IMG/VR virus record: IMGVR_UViG_3300028925_012913
Span: 5,267-69,266 of that record
Direction: 5' to 3' (one strand)
Origin: a virus
Length of the DNA stretch: 64,000 nt
The notes beneath the pieces are model-generated. The model was not told the origin of the DNA. It searched no databases and worked only from the letters and a program-made list of their open reading frames with translations. The translations under genes and the position numbers were made by a program. Shown piece after piece: positions 48,201 through 57,775 of this stretch. Numbering within the stretch: the stretch's first letter is position 1; each line of letters begins with the position of its first letter.

Positions 48201-51200
48201 CGTGTTATGAAGTGGTTTATCTACCCCTTCGTATGTACAACATTTAGTTCTCCAACAGGGGCCTTTTGGCCCACAGTCACGGGAAGTCACACAGGTTCCA
48301 ACAAAAGCATATTTTCTTTCATCATTAGATGGGCCTTCGGTTTCGGAAGGCCAATTTACTGTTATTTTATCCTTCTTTTCTACATTACATCCTAAGTAAT
48401 TCGGAAAACAAGGAGGACTGCCACTAACTCCATCAATTACGCGATTTCCTCGCAATGTCTCTGATATTCCATCGTCATGAAAAGTGCAATTAGTAATCTC
48501 AGCCCAAAGCCTGATTCCATTATTATTATAAGAATGAGGACCCGGTCCAAAACCGCCATCTTTTAACTCCCCATCTTCTATAGAAGGTATAGCATTTCCA
48601 CAGCCCATTATTAATCTAATAAAATGACCATCTTCAGTCCCTGTGTAACCAGTAGGAGGATAAACTACAGGATCCCTTGGTGGGCGTATATCTCTATATT
48701 TACCGTTACTTCTATTCCATACACCTCTTCTTATAGACTGAGGTAGATCGCACCCGTCACAATCAGAATTTATAGGAGTAATAAAATTAGAATCACCCCC
48801 TTCATCCCCTACTTGACACTTAACCGGCCAAGATAATTTTAAACATTGTTTAGTTCCAACTCTTTGCATTAGAGTCCATTCAGAACGCCAAACAGTTCCG
48901 TCATATTCTAAATCAACATCTAGAAGAGAATCTAACATCCAAATTTCCTCCGCGTCTTCACAATCCTCTTCCGTGGTAATAAGTGGATTGTTTAAACAAT
49001 ACCCACTATCTTCAGCAATATCTTTTCCGTTAGTAAGACCCGGACATGTATTATTTACCGCATGCATTCCTTGCCCATAATCATAACAAGATGCATTAGC
49101 AGTCGCTAAAGTAGACCCTCTAGGACCACATCCAGTACTATCTGGGTTATCGTAATAATCTTTACCAGTTTGAAGTTTGCATGATTCCAAGCCTTCAACA
49201 TTTGTATCAGAGACTTTTTCTGTTTCGCAATGCATTGCAACATTATTAGGAAAACAAGAACATGGATCAAAGGCCCAATAATATATTCCTCCTGACTCAG
49301 TACCTCCTGACATAGGAAAGTAAACTTCACATGTTCCTGTTAATTCGCCTATAGTAACTACACCCAAAAGTCTTGTAAGATTGCAATCTCCAGCTATATT
49401 AATAAACTCTTCGCATTTAGGAAATTTGTTAATGTTTGGGGTGCAATCACAAGAGTTAAAATCGTCGTTTGGACCGTTTTCGCCTGATGCACAACAAGAT
49501 CTATTATTTTTACTAACCAATGCGTTTTTAGAAATACCATTAGAACCTGTATCAGGATCGTTTTTCCATCTCATTGGAAGCTTATTCTGCTCACTATAAA
49601 CCTTTGAGCATTTTCTACAATTTGTAGTTGATTCTTCGTTTAGTCTTTTTCTTAAGAAAAGCTCACATTCTGTTTTCCCGTTACTGTTTCTAGAAAGAGG
49701 ATAGAATGTTCCATTGCTGTTTTCACATTCATCTTTTGTATGAGCAACAAGAGTAACACCCTCAGAGTCTTTACATATACCAAAAAGTTCAGGATTTGCT
49801 TTACAAGCCTCTAAGTCTAATAAATTACACCCGTGGTATGTATCTGAACAACAAAAACCATCTCCTATGATTGCGTCATTATAATCTTCAATCCAAACAT
49901 TAGGGTTTTTACAACTATATTTATCAAATTCTAATATATTTCCTAACGGGTCTAAACAAACTCTAGGTTCAAAACAAGGATCTATAGGGCAAGTTATTAG
50001 GTTTAGAATCTCGCTAGATTCAGGATTTAATGTAGCCGTAAGTTTTTCTGGCATGAAATGATCACAGCAGACAGGACAGATTCCCTTTTGCTCAATTTGT
50101 ACATAGTAGTCATTAGCGTCTGATTCTGAACGCTTACTAATTCCTCCGAAACTTTCCCTGTATTCTATATTAAAAGAAGAAGGGCTTTGATGAACCATGT
50201 ATTCTGGAACTATATCTTGTGTGTATGTTATCCATTCCCCAGTAAAAGGACATACCTTATAGACAGAACCGCCATATTTTCCGACTCCGCCCGAATTTGC
50301 GGCTATAGATCTTTCATCAGCCCATGTTCCAGCACTCCAACATTTGTCAAAGTTTGTACCGTCAACAACGCATTCATTGTATAGACCGTTTGAAACAGTG
50401 GGTTCTTGCCATTTACCATCATAGACTGAACACATTGCTTCTGTGAGGTTGGGATCAACTTTACCATCAATAATACATGCAGTATGTTTTGCTTTACAAA
50501 CCTTACTAAAGTCTTCAAAATTAAAAATGTTATTTAAAAGTTCTTGACTATTATCTCTATCCCCATTTAAATCAAAGCAAGCAGTAGTATACTTTTGTTT
50601 AGTGTCCGTATACTCTGACTTTGGATGCAACTCAGAAAAAACCTTAGCTAATTCAGTACATTCTTCTTTACTAATAAAAGATTCCAAGGGGTCTTTGGTT
50701 AACGCGTCAGCAATTATTGAACACGTTCCATGTTTGGAACATGTTGATTCATCAAAATTAGATCCTTCTCCTATATCTACCATAGTGGGTAACTCAACAC
50801 TACCTGACACGTCTGACTGCATATAAAGCACGGGCACAACTTTATAGAGAGCTTTTTCTATGATTTTTTCATAGGTTGATATTCCATAGTTAGAAATACA
50901 AGCCATCTTAATATCTTCAGTTTCACATTCTAAATCTCCTGAAAGATTGATTCTATTTGTGATTTGTCCATCAATAGGAGTCTTATCACATGTGTATAAA
51001 TCAAATGTGTCTATTGTTGTGTTTTTTACAACAAAGAAGGGAGCTGGGTCAGGATCTTCTCCTTGAACTACAGTTCCATCACAAGCAAAATACTTTGACT
51101 TATCGCAAAACTCAACCCATGTTCCGGGATTAATCCATTTTGCCCCTCCACATCCTGCGGGACCATTCTTAGAACAGTGAAAGACAGCAGATGTCCATGT

Positions 51201-54200
51201 AAATTCTGGAGCAGTGCAAAATCTCTCCTCTAAATCAACGGTCTCTCCACTAAAAGCGTTTATACATTTACCGGGTTCTTTTACGGTTTTAGAATATCCA
51301 TCAGGACAACCTCCTTTATTGTCTAAAGGTTTAGTACTTCCTTTGGCATCAAGACATTCTTTTTCTGACAAGCAGTTTTTGCCGTCATCTTTAAGTATTT
51401 CTTTGTCATCTGCGCCTACACATTCTCCAGTACTACAGCTTAAAGGAGTTTTGTTTGGTATTTCATTTCCGCTACTGTCTTGACATTTAGATTCGTAAGG
51501 GCAAATAACATCAGGCCAAGTAATATTATCGCAGCTTTCTCCAACGCAAGGTTTATAAAGAGTGTCTTCCCATTGGATAGCCTGCTTCTCTTTAAGAGAC
51601 ATTACATTAGCAACAAAATTTCCTAAGACACCCTTAACGTCAACTAAGTCTCCATCACGCAATTTATGCTCTGGGGATGTGATTTGTACAGGAACGTCAT
51701 TGCTTGCGTAACTAATTCTTCCTGATCCAACAGTGCCTACACATGTATTATTAACATAGCTAGCAATTTCTGGTTTAGGAATCAGGCCAGTTTCAGCCCA
51801 GTAATCCATAGCGTTCCAGTTTTGCCAACTTGCATCGATATCTTCTTTAATAAGAGGTCTTTGTTTGATTAGAGAGTTTTCTCTTAACGGGTATCCTTCA
51901 TAACCATGATAAACACCTACTCTATGAGCTTCAAACGTTGAATCAGGTAAAACAGAGTCGTCATATTCAGCAAGTCGATGTTTATCTTTTTCGGATTCGT
52001 CTGAGCATTCAGTTTTTGTTATAGGCTCTTTTACTACTGTAGTTACTTCACCAGAATCGTTTTCATATAGTGTGCATTTTCCTATTTGATCTCCAAATAC
52101 AATATCAGCAAAATCTTCTGGAATTTCTACGGGTTCAAGACATTCTGTTGTAACTAATGTTGGAGCACATCCCTCATTCCAGACACCATCGGCTCCGCCA
52201 TCTTCTATAGATTTCTCACATTCTTCTTTGTCTACAGCATCTCTCCAGCCACCTGTTCCAGTCTCGGGATCCATAAATCCTATCTGCTGGTCACACTCTT
52301 CACTCCATGAACAACACCCACGCCATGGTTTAACAGGCTTCCAAGTGTAATTTTTTTCATTACAGGAGACTTCTGTTGTGGCTTCTTCAACTTCTTTATC
52401 GAGATCGTTATAGCATTTTCCTTTATCTCCACAGCCTTGGCTTCGATTTGCATGTTCAAAAGTTCCATCTTGATGCTCGCAGGTTCCAGCCTGACTGCAT
52501 TTATGTTCATCGGTTGCTGAACAAGCAGGACAGCTAAAATCATTAAATTCAGAATCGAAAGGATACCAACCCGCCCAATTAGAAAACCCGCAAGTGCTAT
52601 TTGTTAAGAATCCAACATGACTATCTACGTATTTTCTAGCCATTATAGAAACTTTTTCACATTCTCCTTGCTTAGGACATGGCTTTGCAGGAGTCCACAC
52701 GCCGTCACATTGTTTTGGATTTATGCATGTACTTTCATATTCACATGCAGTAGGGGCGGTCCATTTTCCGTTACACTGTTCAGGATGGGTACAGTCATCT
52801 TGATTATTACAAGAACTACCCTTTTTCCATGTTGCACCATTGGCTCCACATTTTTCTTTGTCTTCGCAGTCTTTTTGAGTTAAACATTCTTCACCCCGAA
52901 CCCATTCGGCTCCAACAGACCCACATTTATCTTTATCTAGACAGTCTTCTTTATTAAGACATACAAGTTCTTCTACCCAGTCACCTCCGCATGTAGCTGC
53001 CGGACTTTGTTCTCTATCAACCTTACCTTTACAAGTTGCTTGATTTGGACAAACAAGCCTTCGTTGCCAGTAATTCAATGTACTCGCAGCAACACAAGTT
53101 TGTTGAGTGTGTGGTTGTTGAGTAAAATGGTCATTTGGGACAAGATAGGCTGGCTCATAGCCAGCCGATGAAGTAAGCCCTTTTACCCAGCACCCCTCTT
53201 CTATCACGGTATCACACACTGCTGGTACTGACTTATCGCAATAATCTGGAGCGTGTCTGTCACAGTAATCAGGACGGTCTGAATCACAACTTCCTTTTCT
53301 TTTTTTACTACAAGTTCCGCCTCCTTCTACACAATCTTCGTCATAATCGGTTGGGAAAACGCTTGTATTTGCTATTCCACCTGAGCCGCTTACACTAATT
53401 TCATCATGTTGAAGAAAATCATAATACAAGAAATAGTCCGGACCATAGTTCAAAAACCAATTTCCCCCCGTGCTGGAAAAACCGGGTTCAAGACCAAAAG
53501 TGTGATTAGCACAGAGATTCCAATGCCTATGATCTATAGCCGCTGATTCTAAACTCTTTACTCTGTTTTGTCTTTCTTCTGCTGCTTTGAAGGGCTGTGG
53601 CTGTAAATTAAATCCATAGAACCTATCAGCCCCTTTAGGGTTAAGTATATTACCAAAGAACTTACGATTAGTCATTTTGGTATAATCTTCATAAAGAACA
53701 GGTCTGTCTAGTCCTTCTTCGCCCTTATCATAATATGCCCACTGACTACAATGAGATCCACTATAATCAAATCCTCCCCTATCATGATTTTCATGCCATC
53801 TATCTTGGTTTAGTTCAGGAAAGGGTAGGTCTTCTCCATCCGAACCTCTTCCGCTTTGATATTCAAGCACTCCGTCGGCTATACCATCCTTATTAGCATC
53901 GGGATTATTACACCACCAGCTCCATTGATTCCCATTAATAGCGTCTCCGGGGAATGGGCCAGCGATAGCACCCGGCCAATTTGAATTAAAGAGCATATCC
54001 GCAGGGTTACCCATGAGGTCACCCATTGTAAAATTCCACATAGGTTGAGGTTCACGCCATCTAGATGGACTTGTATGATATTCTCTATCTGTAGATCTTT
54101 TAGAAAGCCTTGGGTGTTCTTGCTTGTAACCAATGTTCGTGGACATCACGCCAACAAATGGAGTCTTCCTATCACTTAACGTCAAATTAAAGTTAGAATC

Positions 54201-55934
54201 ATTTAGAATTTGGTTTGCCGGGATGTTAAGGATTATTTCTTCTCCACATCCCGTCCCCCAATCGTAATCGTCGTGAGAACCTTCGGAACTTTTAGTCCCT
54301 GATATTCCTTCTTCTGAACAAGACTTCCAAAAATTACAAGGTCTTATTACTAAAGTCCAGTAATGTTCAGTATCTAATAAAAATGTTTCTCTATCTTTTT
54401 GGTTATTGACTGATACTGTAGGAGCAGTAAGAACAGCTTCTAAATGAGGAGTAAAACAAACAGAGTTTTCTGAATCAGGGCTATCAACGCCTACCATCTG
54501 AGGAGTTCTAGACGGATGATTACTATCTAATATAGATTTTCCACAACAAGACTGTTTTTCGTATTCCCAGTCAACCCATTCGTAATTTAAAGATTCATTG
54601 TCTTTCCAATGATACCCTTCGTCTAATAAAGATAGACATTCCGTTTTATTTAGTGCTGTTTTTTTATTATCCTCAGAATCAACACAATATTGAGTATCTT
54701 CAGATTCAATACCGTCGGCTATACATTCTGACTTGTCTTGTATTTTTACCCTTGTTCCATAAATTGGGTTTCTACACCAAGGGTTTTTCTTCTCTGGGGT
54801 AAAACCATCAGCAATACAAGCCTTATCTAACCGGGCTATTGGCAAAATGCTTGACGTTCTAGAATTAACAAGAGGATCAGTATCATAGTTTAATGGTTTC
54901 ATTAATCGGTCATCATAAGCGATTAGATCTTCATCAAATCCTAATATTTCACGATAGTTGAAATATGGCTTCCAGTCTTCTTCTCCTACTCTAGGATGTG
55001 CAAAATGAGGTGAAGCTCTATCGTAACCACCAGTTCTTTTCCACAGTCCGCTATCTTCGTCAAGAATTAATTCTTGTTGATCATTACTATGTAGAAATTC
55101 GCCGTGAAAAAAACCTTCACCATTGGGTTCATGCTTATTTCCGCTATTATCATATGCATTATTTGCATAATGACAATCAGAAGGAAGAAAATCCGCACCC
55201 CAGATATTATTAGACGAGTGCATTGTAGTCGTTTTACAGGGGTCGCAATAATTACCATTAGGTATTTTTGAACAACAAGCCCTACCTCTCCAAGCCCCAT
55301 TAGAATACTTTAAATGTAGAGTATAACCATCGCCACTCCATATGTTATTTCTAGCATCCCATCTACCACCCTTCTCTTTTGTTACAGTTATTGCTAACTG
55401 CTGAGGTAGTATAGTTTGAGCTCCTGATAAACTAGAGCCATCTGTAGTTATACAGCCACATCCTTCTGTACAAAATCTACCACCCCTACGGTCTAATAGG
55501 GTTTCTCGGTCTTCCGGTTTTTGACTTTGTGGTACATTATGAGAATTATCTGGCATCCATTGTTCAAAGCCAGTCCATTCATTTTTTACCAAGAGTTCGG
55601 TATATGTATATTCTTTTACCCAATTACTGCCACATGTAGTCGTTGGGCCAGTTTCGCGATCTTTATCTGCTTCACAAGATTCTTGACTATCACAAACAAG
55701 CTTTGATTGCCAATAAGTAGCATCAGGAACGTTATCCAAAATACAAGTTGCTTCTGTATACGTATCGCCATTTCTATCACTGCTAATTTCACTAGCAGGT
55801 ACATAATTCCCATCCTTATCTGTGTAACCTTTTATCCAACAGCCCACCCAGACAGGACTGCCACATTCACCAGCGTGAGTAGCTTTTTTGGTATATAGAG
55901 GGTTGTATGAAGTATCCCAAGGGTCTCCAATCAT
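45267..55934 (-). CDS. Giant (3555 aa) Cys-rich modular protein, probable virion fibre/adhesin
   Basis: Uninterrupted 10.7 kb ORF; about 175 Cys by manual count; repeated C-x(n)-C-x(3-5)-G-x-W modules; no obvious signal peptide. Confidence 0.85.
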   Translation of the reverse strand: MIGDPWDTSYNPLYTKKATHAGECGSPVWVGCWIKGYTDKDGNYVPASEISSDRNGDTYTEATCILDNVPDATYWQSKLVCDSQESCEADKDRETGPTTTCGSNWVKEYTYTELLVKNEWTGFEQWMPDNSHNVPQSQKPEDRETLLDRRGGRFCTEGCGCITTDGSSLSGAQTILPQQLAITVTKEKGGRWDARNNIWSGDGYTLHLKYSNGAWRGRACCSKIPNGNYCDPCKTTTMHSSNNIWGADFLPSDCHYANNAYDNSGNKHEPNGEGFFHGEFLHSNDQQELILDEDSGLWKRTGGYDRASPHFAHPRVGEEDWKPYFNYREILGFDEDLIAYDDRLMKPLNYDTDPLVNSRTSSILPIARLDKACIADGFTPEKKNPWCRNPIYGTRVKIQDKSECIADGIESEDTQYCVDSEDNKKTALNKTECLSLLDEGYHWKDNESLNYEWVDWEYEKQSCCGKSILDSNHPSRTPQMVGVDSPDSENSVCFTPHLEAVLTAPTVSVNNQKDRETFLLDTEHYWTLVIRPCNFWKSCSEEGISGTKSSEGSHDDYDWGTGCGEEIILNIPANQILNDSNFNLTLSDRKTPFVGVMSTNIGYKQEHPRLSKRSTDREYHTSPSRWREPQPMWNFTMGDLMGNPADMLFNSNWPGAIAGPFPGDAINGNQWSWWCNNPDANKDGIADGVLEYQSGRGSDGEDLPFPELNQDRWHENHDRGGFDYSGSHCSQWAYYDKGEEGLDRPVLYEDYTKMTNRKFFGNILNPKGADRFYGFNLQPQPFKAAEERQNRVKSLESAAIDHRHWNLCANHTFGLEPGFSSTGGNWFLNYGPDYFLYYDFLQHDEISVSGSGGIANTSVFPTDYDEDCVEGGGTCSKKRKGSCDSDRPDYCDRHAPDYCDKSVPAVCDTVIEEGCWVKGLTSSAGYEPAYLVPNDHFTQQPHTQQTCVAASTLNYWQRRLVCPNQATCKGKVDREQSPAATCGGDWVEELVCLNKEDCLDKDKCGSVGAEWVRGEECLTQKDCEDKEKCGANGATWKKGSSCNNQDDCTHPEQCNGKWTAPTACEYESTCINPKQCDGVWTPAKPCPKQGECEKVSIMARKYVDSHVGFLTNSTCGFSNWAGWYPFDSEFNDFSCPACSATDEHKCSQAGTCEHQDGTFEHANRSQGCGDKGKCYNDLDKEVEEATTEVSCNEKNYTWKPVKPWRGCCSWSEECDQQIGFMDPETGTGGWRDAVDKEECEKSIEDGGADGVWNEGCAPTLVTTECLEPVEIPEDFADIVFGDQIGKCTLYENDSGEVTTVVKEPITKTECSDESEKDKHRLAEYDDSVLPDSTFEAHRVGVYHGYEGYPLRENSLIKQRPLIKEDIDASWQNWNAMDYWAETGLIPKPEIASYVNNTCVGTVGSGRISYASNDVPVQITSPEHKLRDGDLVDVKGVLGNFVANVMSLKEKQAIQWEDTLYKPCVGESCDNITWPDVICPYESKCQDSSGNEIPNKTPLSCSTGECVGADDKEILKDDGKNCLSEKECLDAKGSTKPLDNKGGCPDGYSKTVKEPGKCINAFSGETVDLEERFCTAPEFTWTSAVFHCSKNGPAGCGGAKWINPGTWVEFCDKSKYFACDGTVVQGEDPDPAPFFVVKNTTIDTFDLYTCDKTPIDGQITNRINLSGDLECETEDIKMACISNYGISTYEKIIEKALYKVVPVLYMQSDVSGSVELPTMVDIGEGSNFDESTCSKHGTCSIIADALTKDPLESFISKEECTELAKVFSELHPKSEYTDTKQKYTTACFDLNGDRDNSQELLNNIFNFEDFSKVCKAKHTACIIDGKVDPNLTEAMCSVYDGKWQEPTVSNGLYNECVVDGTNFDKCWSAGTWADERSIAANSGGVGKYGGSVYKVCPFTGEWITYTQDIVPEYMVHQSPSSFNIEYRESFGGISKRSESDANDYYVQIEQKGICPVCCDHFMPEKLTATLNPESSEILNLITCPIDPCFEPRVCLDPLGNILEFDKYSCKNPNVWIEDYNDAIIGDGFCCSDTYHGCNLLDLEACKANPELFGICKDSEGVTLVAHTKDECENSNGTFYPLSRNSNGKTECELFLRKRLNEESTTNCRKCSKVYSEQNKLPMRWKNDPDTGSNGISKNALVSKNNRSCCASGENGPNDDFNSCDCTPNINKFPKCEEFINIAGDCNLTRLLGVVTIGELTGTCEVYFPMSGGTESGGIYYWAFDPCSCFPNNVAMHCETEKVSDTNVEGLESCKLQTGKDYYDNPDSTGCGPRGSTLATANASCYDYGQGMHAVNNTCPGLTNGKDIAEDSGYCLNNPLITTEEDCEDAEEIWMLDSLLDVDLEYDGTVWRSEWTLMQRVGTKQCLKLSWPVKCQVGDEGGDSNFITPINSDCDGCDLPQSIRRGVWNRSNGKYRDIRPPRDPVVYPPTGYTGTEDGHFIRLIMGCGNAIPSIEDGELKDGGFGPGPHSYNNNGIRLWAEITNCTFHDDGISETLRGNRVIDGVSGSPPCFPNYLGCNVEKKDKITVNWPSETEGPSNDERKYAFVGTCVTSRDCGPKGPCWRTKCCTYEGVDKPLHNTGPLWSGAVACSTGGDIAHKCQTIGFDPTPQKQSETFTVYDIIDVNHKTGEGTLVVNAYPFTGNGRHCSYSAGTTISVGLADLQDAESDTLGSSSRNNKPKNPYLRGTVLKSPIKDGESVLSEFGASEGRKIDDRNEYMLIEVDDVTQFITKNPRKNRHLKYGDIEFGRDISKDKCDTKIEEGCWKKGYDGSDGYESAHLVKSHFLTGKTHTQQSCDDEFGPTGYWQRSLECPNKATCEGEIDREQSSVDTCGGKWIEAPSFSKKESNKLLPHPFGINPYPVGTQTRSGTSKSEMWPKGKVLSNNLESLRTMGDIDDPGRSGVRWSIENSLEFGKKKALKITGFRNYYKDLGGHGNGYCVGNPNLPDSLSGEVNPKNICIDSGYVWLPDFLFTHVDTNNDFKDFEANEKLLISSTISYRATCKGSRMGYCDIDDGSGKGLNINECTEQNGKWVQVINDYPDGDKTLCEAFGGKWIIGIRNDDMVNFGEHNTSTFSNVYVDPNNDKPKDLERREKDFEDGCPIGCQLRSFYSENACSPMTDDSPEGECSDCIIDEEGELVGCPLSPIDGSHIVSGNIEMDLYSLKRLNERVLNETRDARLLDFYGLKTGFVISDETHITINDEGITDNSSKFENYLLSKDAKYGYGDILFGIDSIFGNRSDDILMEQHKEYIDATKKCKESEECITEQVYIGCKDKLTGKIQKRSDSVLTVNETEDCLSADGQLVPNFKCIASSSAAGQGEKFLIFDGSDLDYDPKECLVLTEDLTKSLEIKVKGVVLYDVYFNTPSVLSLSPTSTKNTSKNMELAYHDHNPDLDTHNPSWPASIYHWGITKRKWKGVIHITEVEDLDMSDKDKKAYTTYLDRDEGKEEGGLNEAFWDDPYSYWTRHGGAFDVIVGTPAPENNCRDHNSDKPVNLDFWLDFPQICCNSRGPMSYHECSDNCYPDHYDGPVFEDLELAFGISGNSVIHCNIHETVVEEGE
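47430..47657 (-). repeat. Approx. 75-aa internal repeat, copy 3
   Basis: GCWKKGY..GYESA..HTQQSC..YWQRSLECPNKATCEGEIDREQSSVDTCGGKW. Confidence 0.85.
52968..53195 (-). repeat. Approx. 75-aa internal repeat, copy 2
   Basis: GCWVKGL..GYEPA..HTQQTC..YWQRRLVCPNQATCKGKVDREQSPAATCGGDW. Confidence 0.85.
55611..55844 (-). repeat. Approx. 75-aa internal repeat, copy 1
   Basis: GCWIKGY..YVPA..YTEATC..YWQSKLVCDSQESCEADKDRETGPTTTCGSNW. Confidence 0.8.
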
Positions 55935-55949
55935 ACTGTTAACGCCTTA

Positions 55950-57764
55950 TTATTCAGTTTGTGACCTGATTGATGTGTTTGGATAATCGTCATCCGGGCC
56001 GCAATCTTCACCTGTAGCAAACCCTTGTGCAAAAAACTTTCTAGAACAAGCAGCCATCTCGCCTCTGTCACAACCAGCATGTGTAATAATTTCCATACCA
56101 TAAAACTCACCTTGTAAAATTATATGAACTGGTATAGATTCTGTAACAGTAATTTCTTTTCCACCTTGACCTCCACATCCCGGAGTATCACTTCTTTTGT
56201 AAGTATGGCTAACTCTCTTACCAGTATCATAACTAAAAAATGCATCTCCTGCCATTAATCCCTGACCCATTGGGTTCTCAATAAATATCTTCTCATACAA
56301 AAGATGCTTAGCATACTGAGTCCAAGTTTCATCTTTTCCTATTTTAGCATTTATAGTCTCTGCAACTCCCATATAACTAGAACCCCATCCATGACAAGGA
56401 TTTCCAGCTCTTCTAGCGTGAGGATGGCCTCCTTGGGCCTTCCTAAATTTATCAGTACAGTCACTGACAGTATTCTTCTCGCCTACTAATTCTTCTACAG
56501 ACCTTAGTATAAACCCATCATAGAATGGCACACATCCATCTGCAAAATCCCCACATGCAGTAATGTTTCCAAATGTTTTACAAACGCCACACCAGTTATG
56601 ATCTTCTGGATCGTATATTTCAATATCTGGATAGTACAAACTTGTAGGAAAATATGACTGATAAGTGCATTCCCGTGTGGGGCAAGGGTTTCTATATAGT
56701 CTTCCGGGAGAAGTTATATTTCCACCTACTCCTAAATCAAAAGAATTATTACCATCCATACCAGCTTTTGGTAATATACATTTAGCAGTTTTACTAAGAT
56801 AAATACCATTATGTTTACCACCACTCCATACTTTTCTTTGGTTGTCCCATCTTAAGTCTACTGGTCCTACCTTCCATTTGTCTTGTCTACTAAGATGATG
56901 AGGAATAAAGTGCTTATGATCTTTTTCAAGGCCTACAATATTTTTTGCACGCATTTGAGAAGGAACGTGTTTTTGTTTTCCAAAGTCTGTTTCTTTATAG
57001 TCCCCTTCTCTATAGTCGGAATCATCACGCATGTTAGGAACAGGAAATCCTCCAATTGTGTCATATCCCCATCCAGCAACTACTAAAGGCCCTCTAAGAC
57101 CGACAGGTCTTTCGGTATTTACAGAAACTTCTTTTGCGCTAACCAAGTTGGAAGTGTCTATAGAAAACCCAGTGTTCTTAGTTACGGGATTAGTGATTTC
57201 TTCATTTTTATTAACAATTTGAATATGGTGGCCGGAAGCAAACGGATTTAGCGAAATGGATGTGATGTGAGTGGGAGAAGGTGCATTAGGCCCTAAAGCC
57301 GGATGGGTTACAACGGGACCACTATAAATTACCGTCTCTTTTAACACGTCGTCTTTATCTAATACACTATAAGGTCTTTCAAAAGAGGGCATAGCCGCTC
57401 CGTCACTTGGTCTATTCTTATCTTTAACTTGACCACTTTCACTTCGTATTACAAAGTTGGTTGAATAAGGAACAAATAAACCATCTAATGATATCCCTCC
57501 AGTTTTAGACCAAGCCCCATCTGATGGATATTGATCCATGTTAGCAGAAGACGATGTGGTTTGAGTGTGGGTAGAGACGTCCTGTATGCGAAAAGGGGAA
57601 TTTTCATAATCAGGATGACCATGCCAAAACATGGTACTATCAGTACCGTCTGTAGCTACAACAGAAGTGTCTGGATAATTAGCACTTGTTATCATCAAGT
57701 GACTAAAATCGTTATCTTCTCTGTTTTCAGAAATTGTTCGTGCTGGTTTTTGTCTCTCTGGCAT
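55950..57764 (-). CDS. Probable virion (tail-associated) protein with Cys-rich C-terminal half
   Basis: 604 aa; LRGPLVVAGWGYD and KVGPVDLRWD segments, then many Cys; position in the structural block. Confidence 0.7.
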   Translation of the reverse strand: MPERQKPARTISENREDNDFSHLMITSANYPDTSVVATDGTDSTMFWHGHPDYENSPFRIQDVSTHTQTTSSSANMDQYPSDGAWSKTGGISLDGLFVPYSTNFVIRSESGQVKDKNRPSDGAAMPSFERPYSVLDKDDVLKETVIYSGPVVTHPALGPNAPSPTHITSISLNPFASGHHIQIVNKNEEITNPVTKNTGFSIDTSNLVSAKEVSVNTERPVGLRGPLVVAGWGYDTIGGFPVPNMRDDSDYREGDYKETDFGKQKHVPSQMRAKNIVGLEKDHKHFIPHHLSRQDKWKVGPVDLRWDNQRKVWSGGKHNGIYLSKTAKCILPKAGMDGNNSFDLGVGGNITSPGRLYRNPCPTRECTYQSYFPTSLYYPDIEIYDPEDHNWCGVCKTFGNITACGDFADGCVPFYDGFILRSVEELVGEKNTVSDCTDKFRKAQGGHPHARRAGNPCHGWGSSYMGVAETINAKIGKDETWTQYAKHLLYEKIFIENPMGQGLMAGDAFFSYDTGKRVSHTYKRSDTPGCGGQGGKEITVTESIPVHIILQGEFYGMEIITHAGCDRGEMAACSRKFFAQGFATGEDCGPDDDYPNTSIRSQTE

Positions 57765-57775
57765 TACTATCTCTT

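Noticed and set aside
47430-53195. Diversity-generating retroelement TR/VR pair
   Set aside because: Both copies are coding within one ORF, differences are not adenine-specific, and no reverse transcriptase is visible
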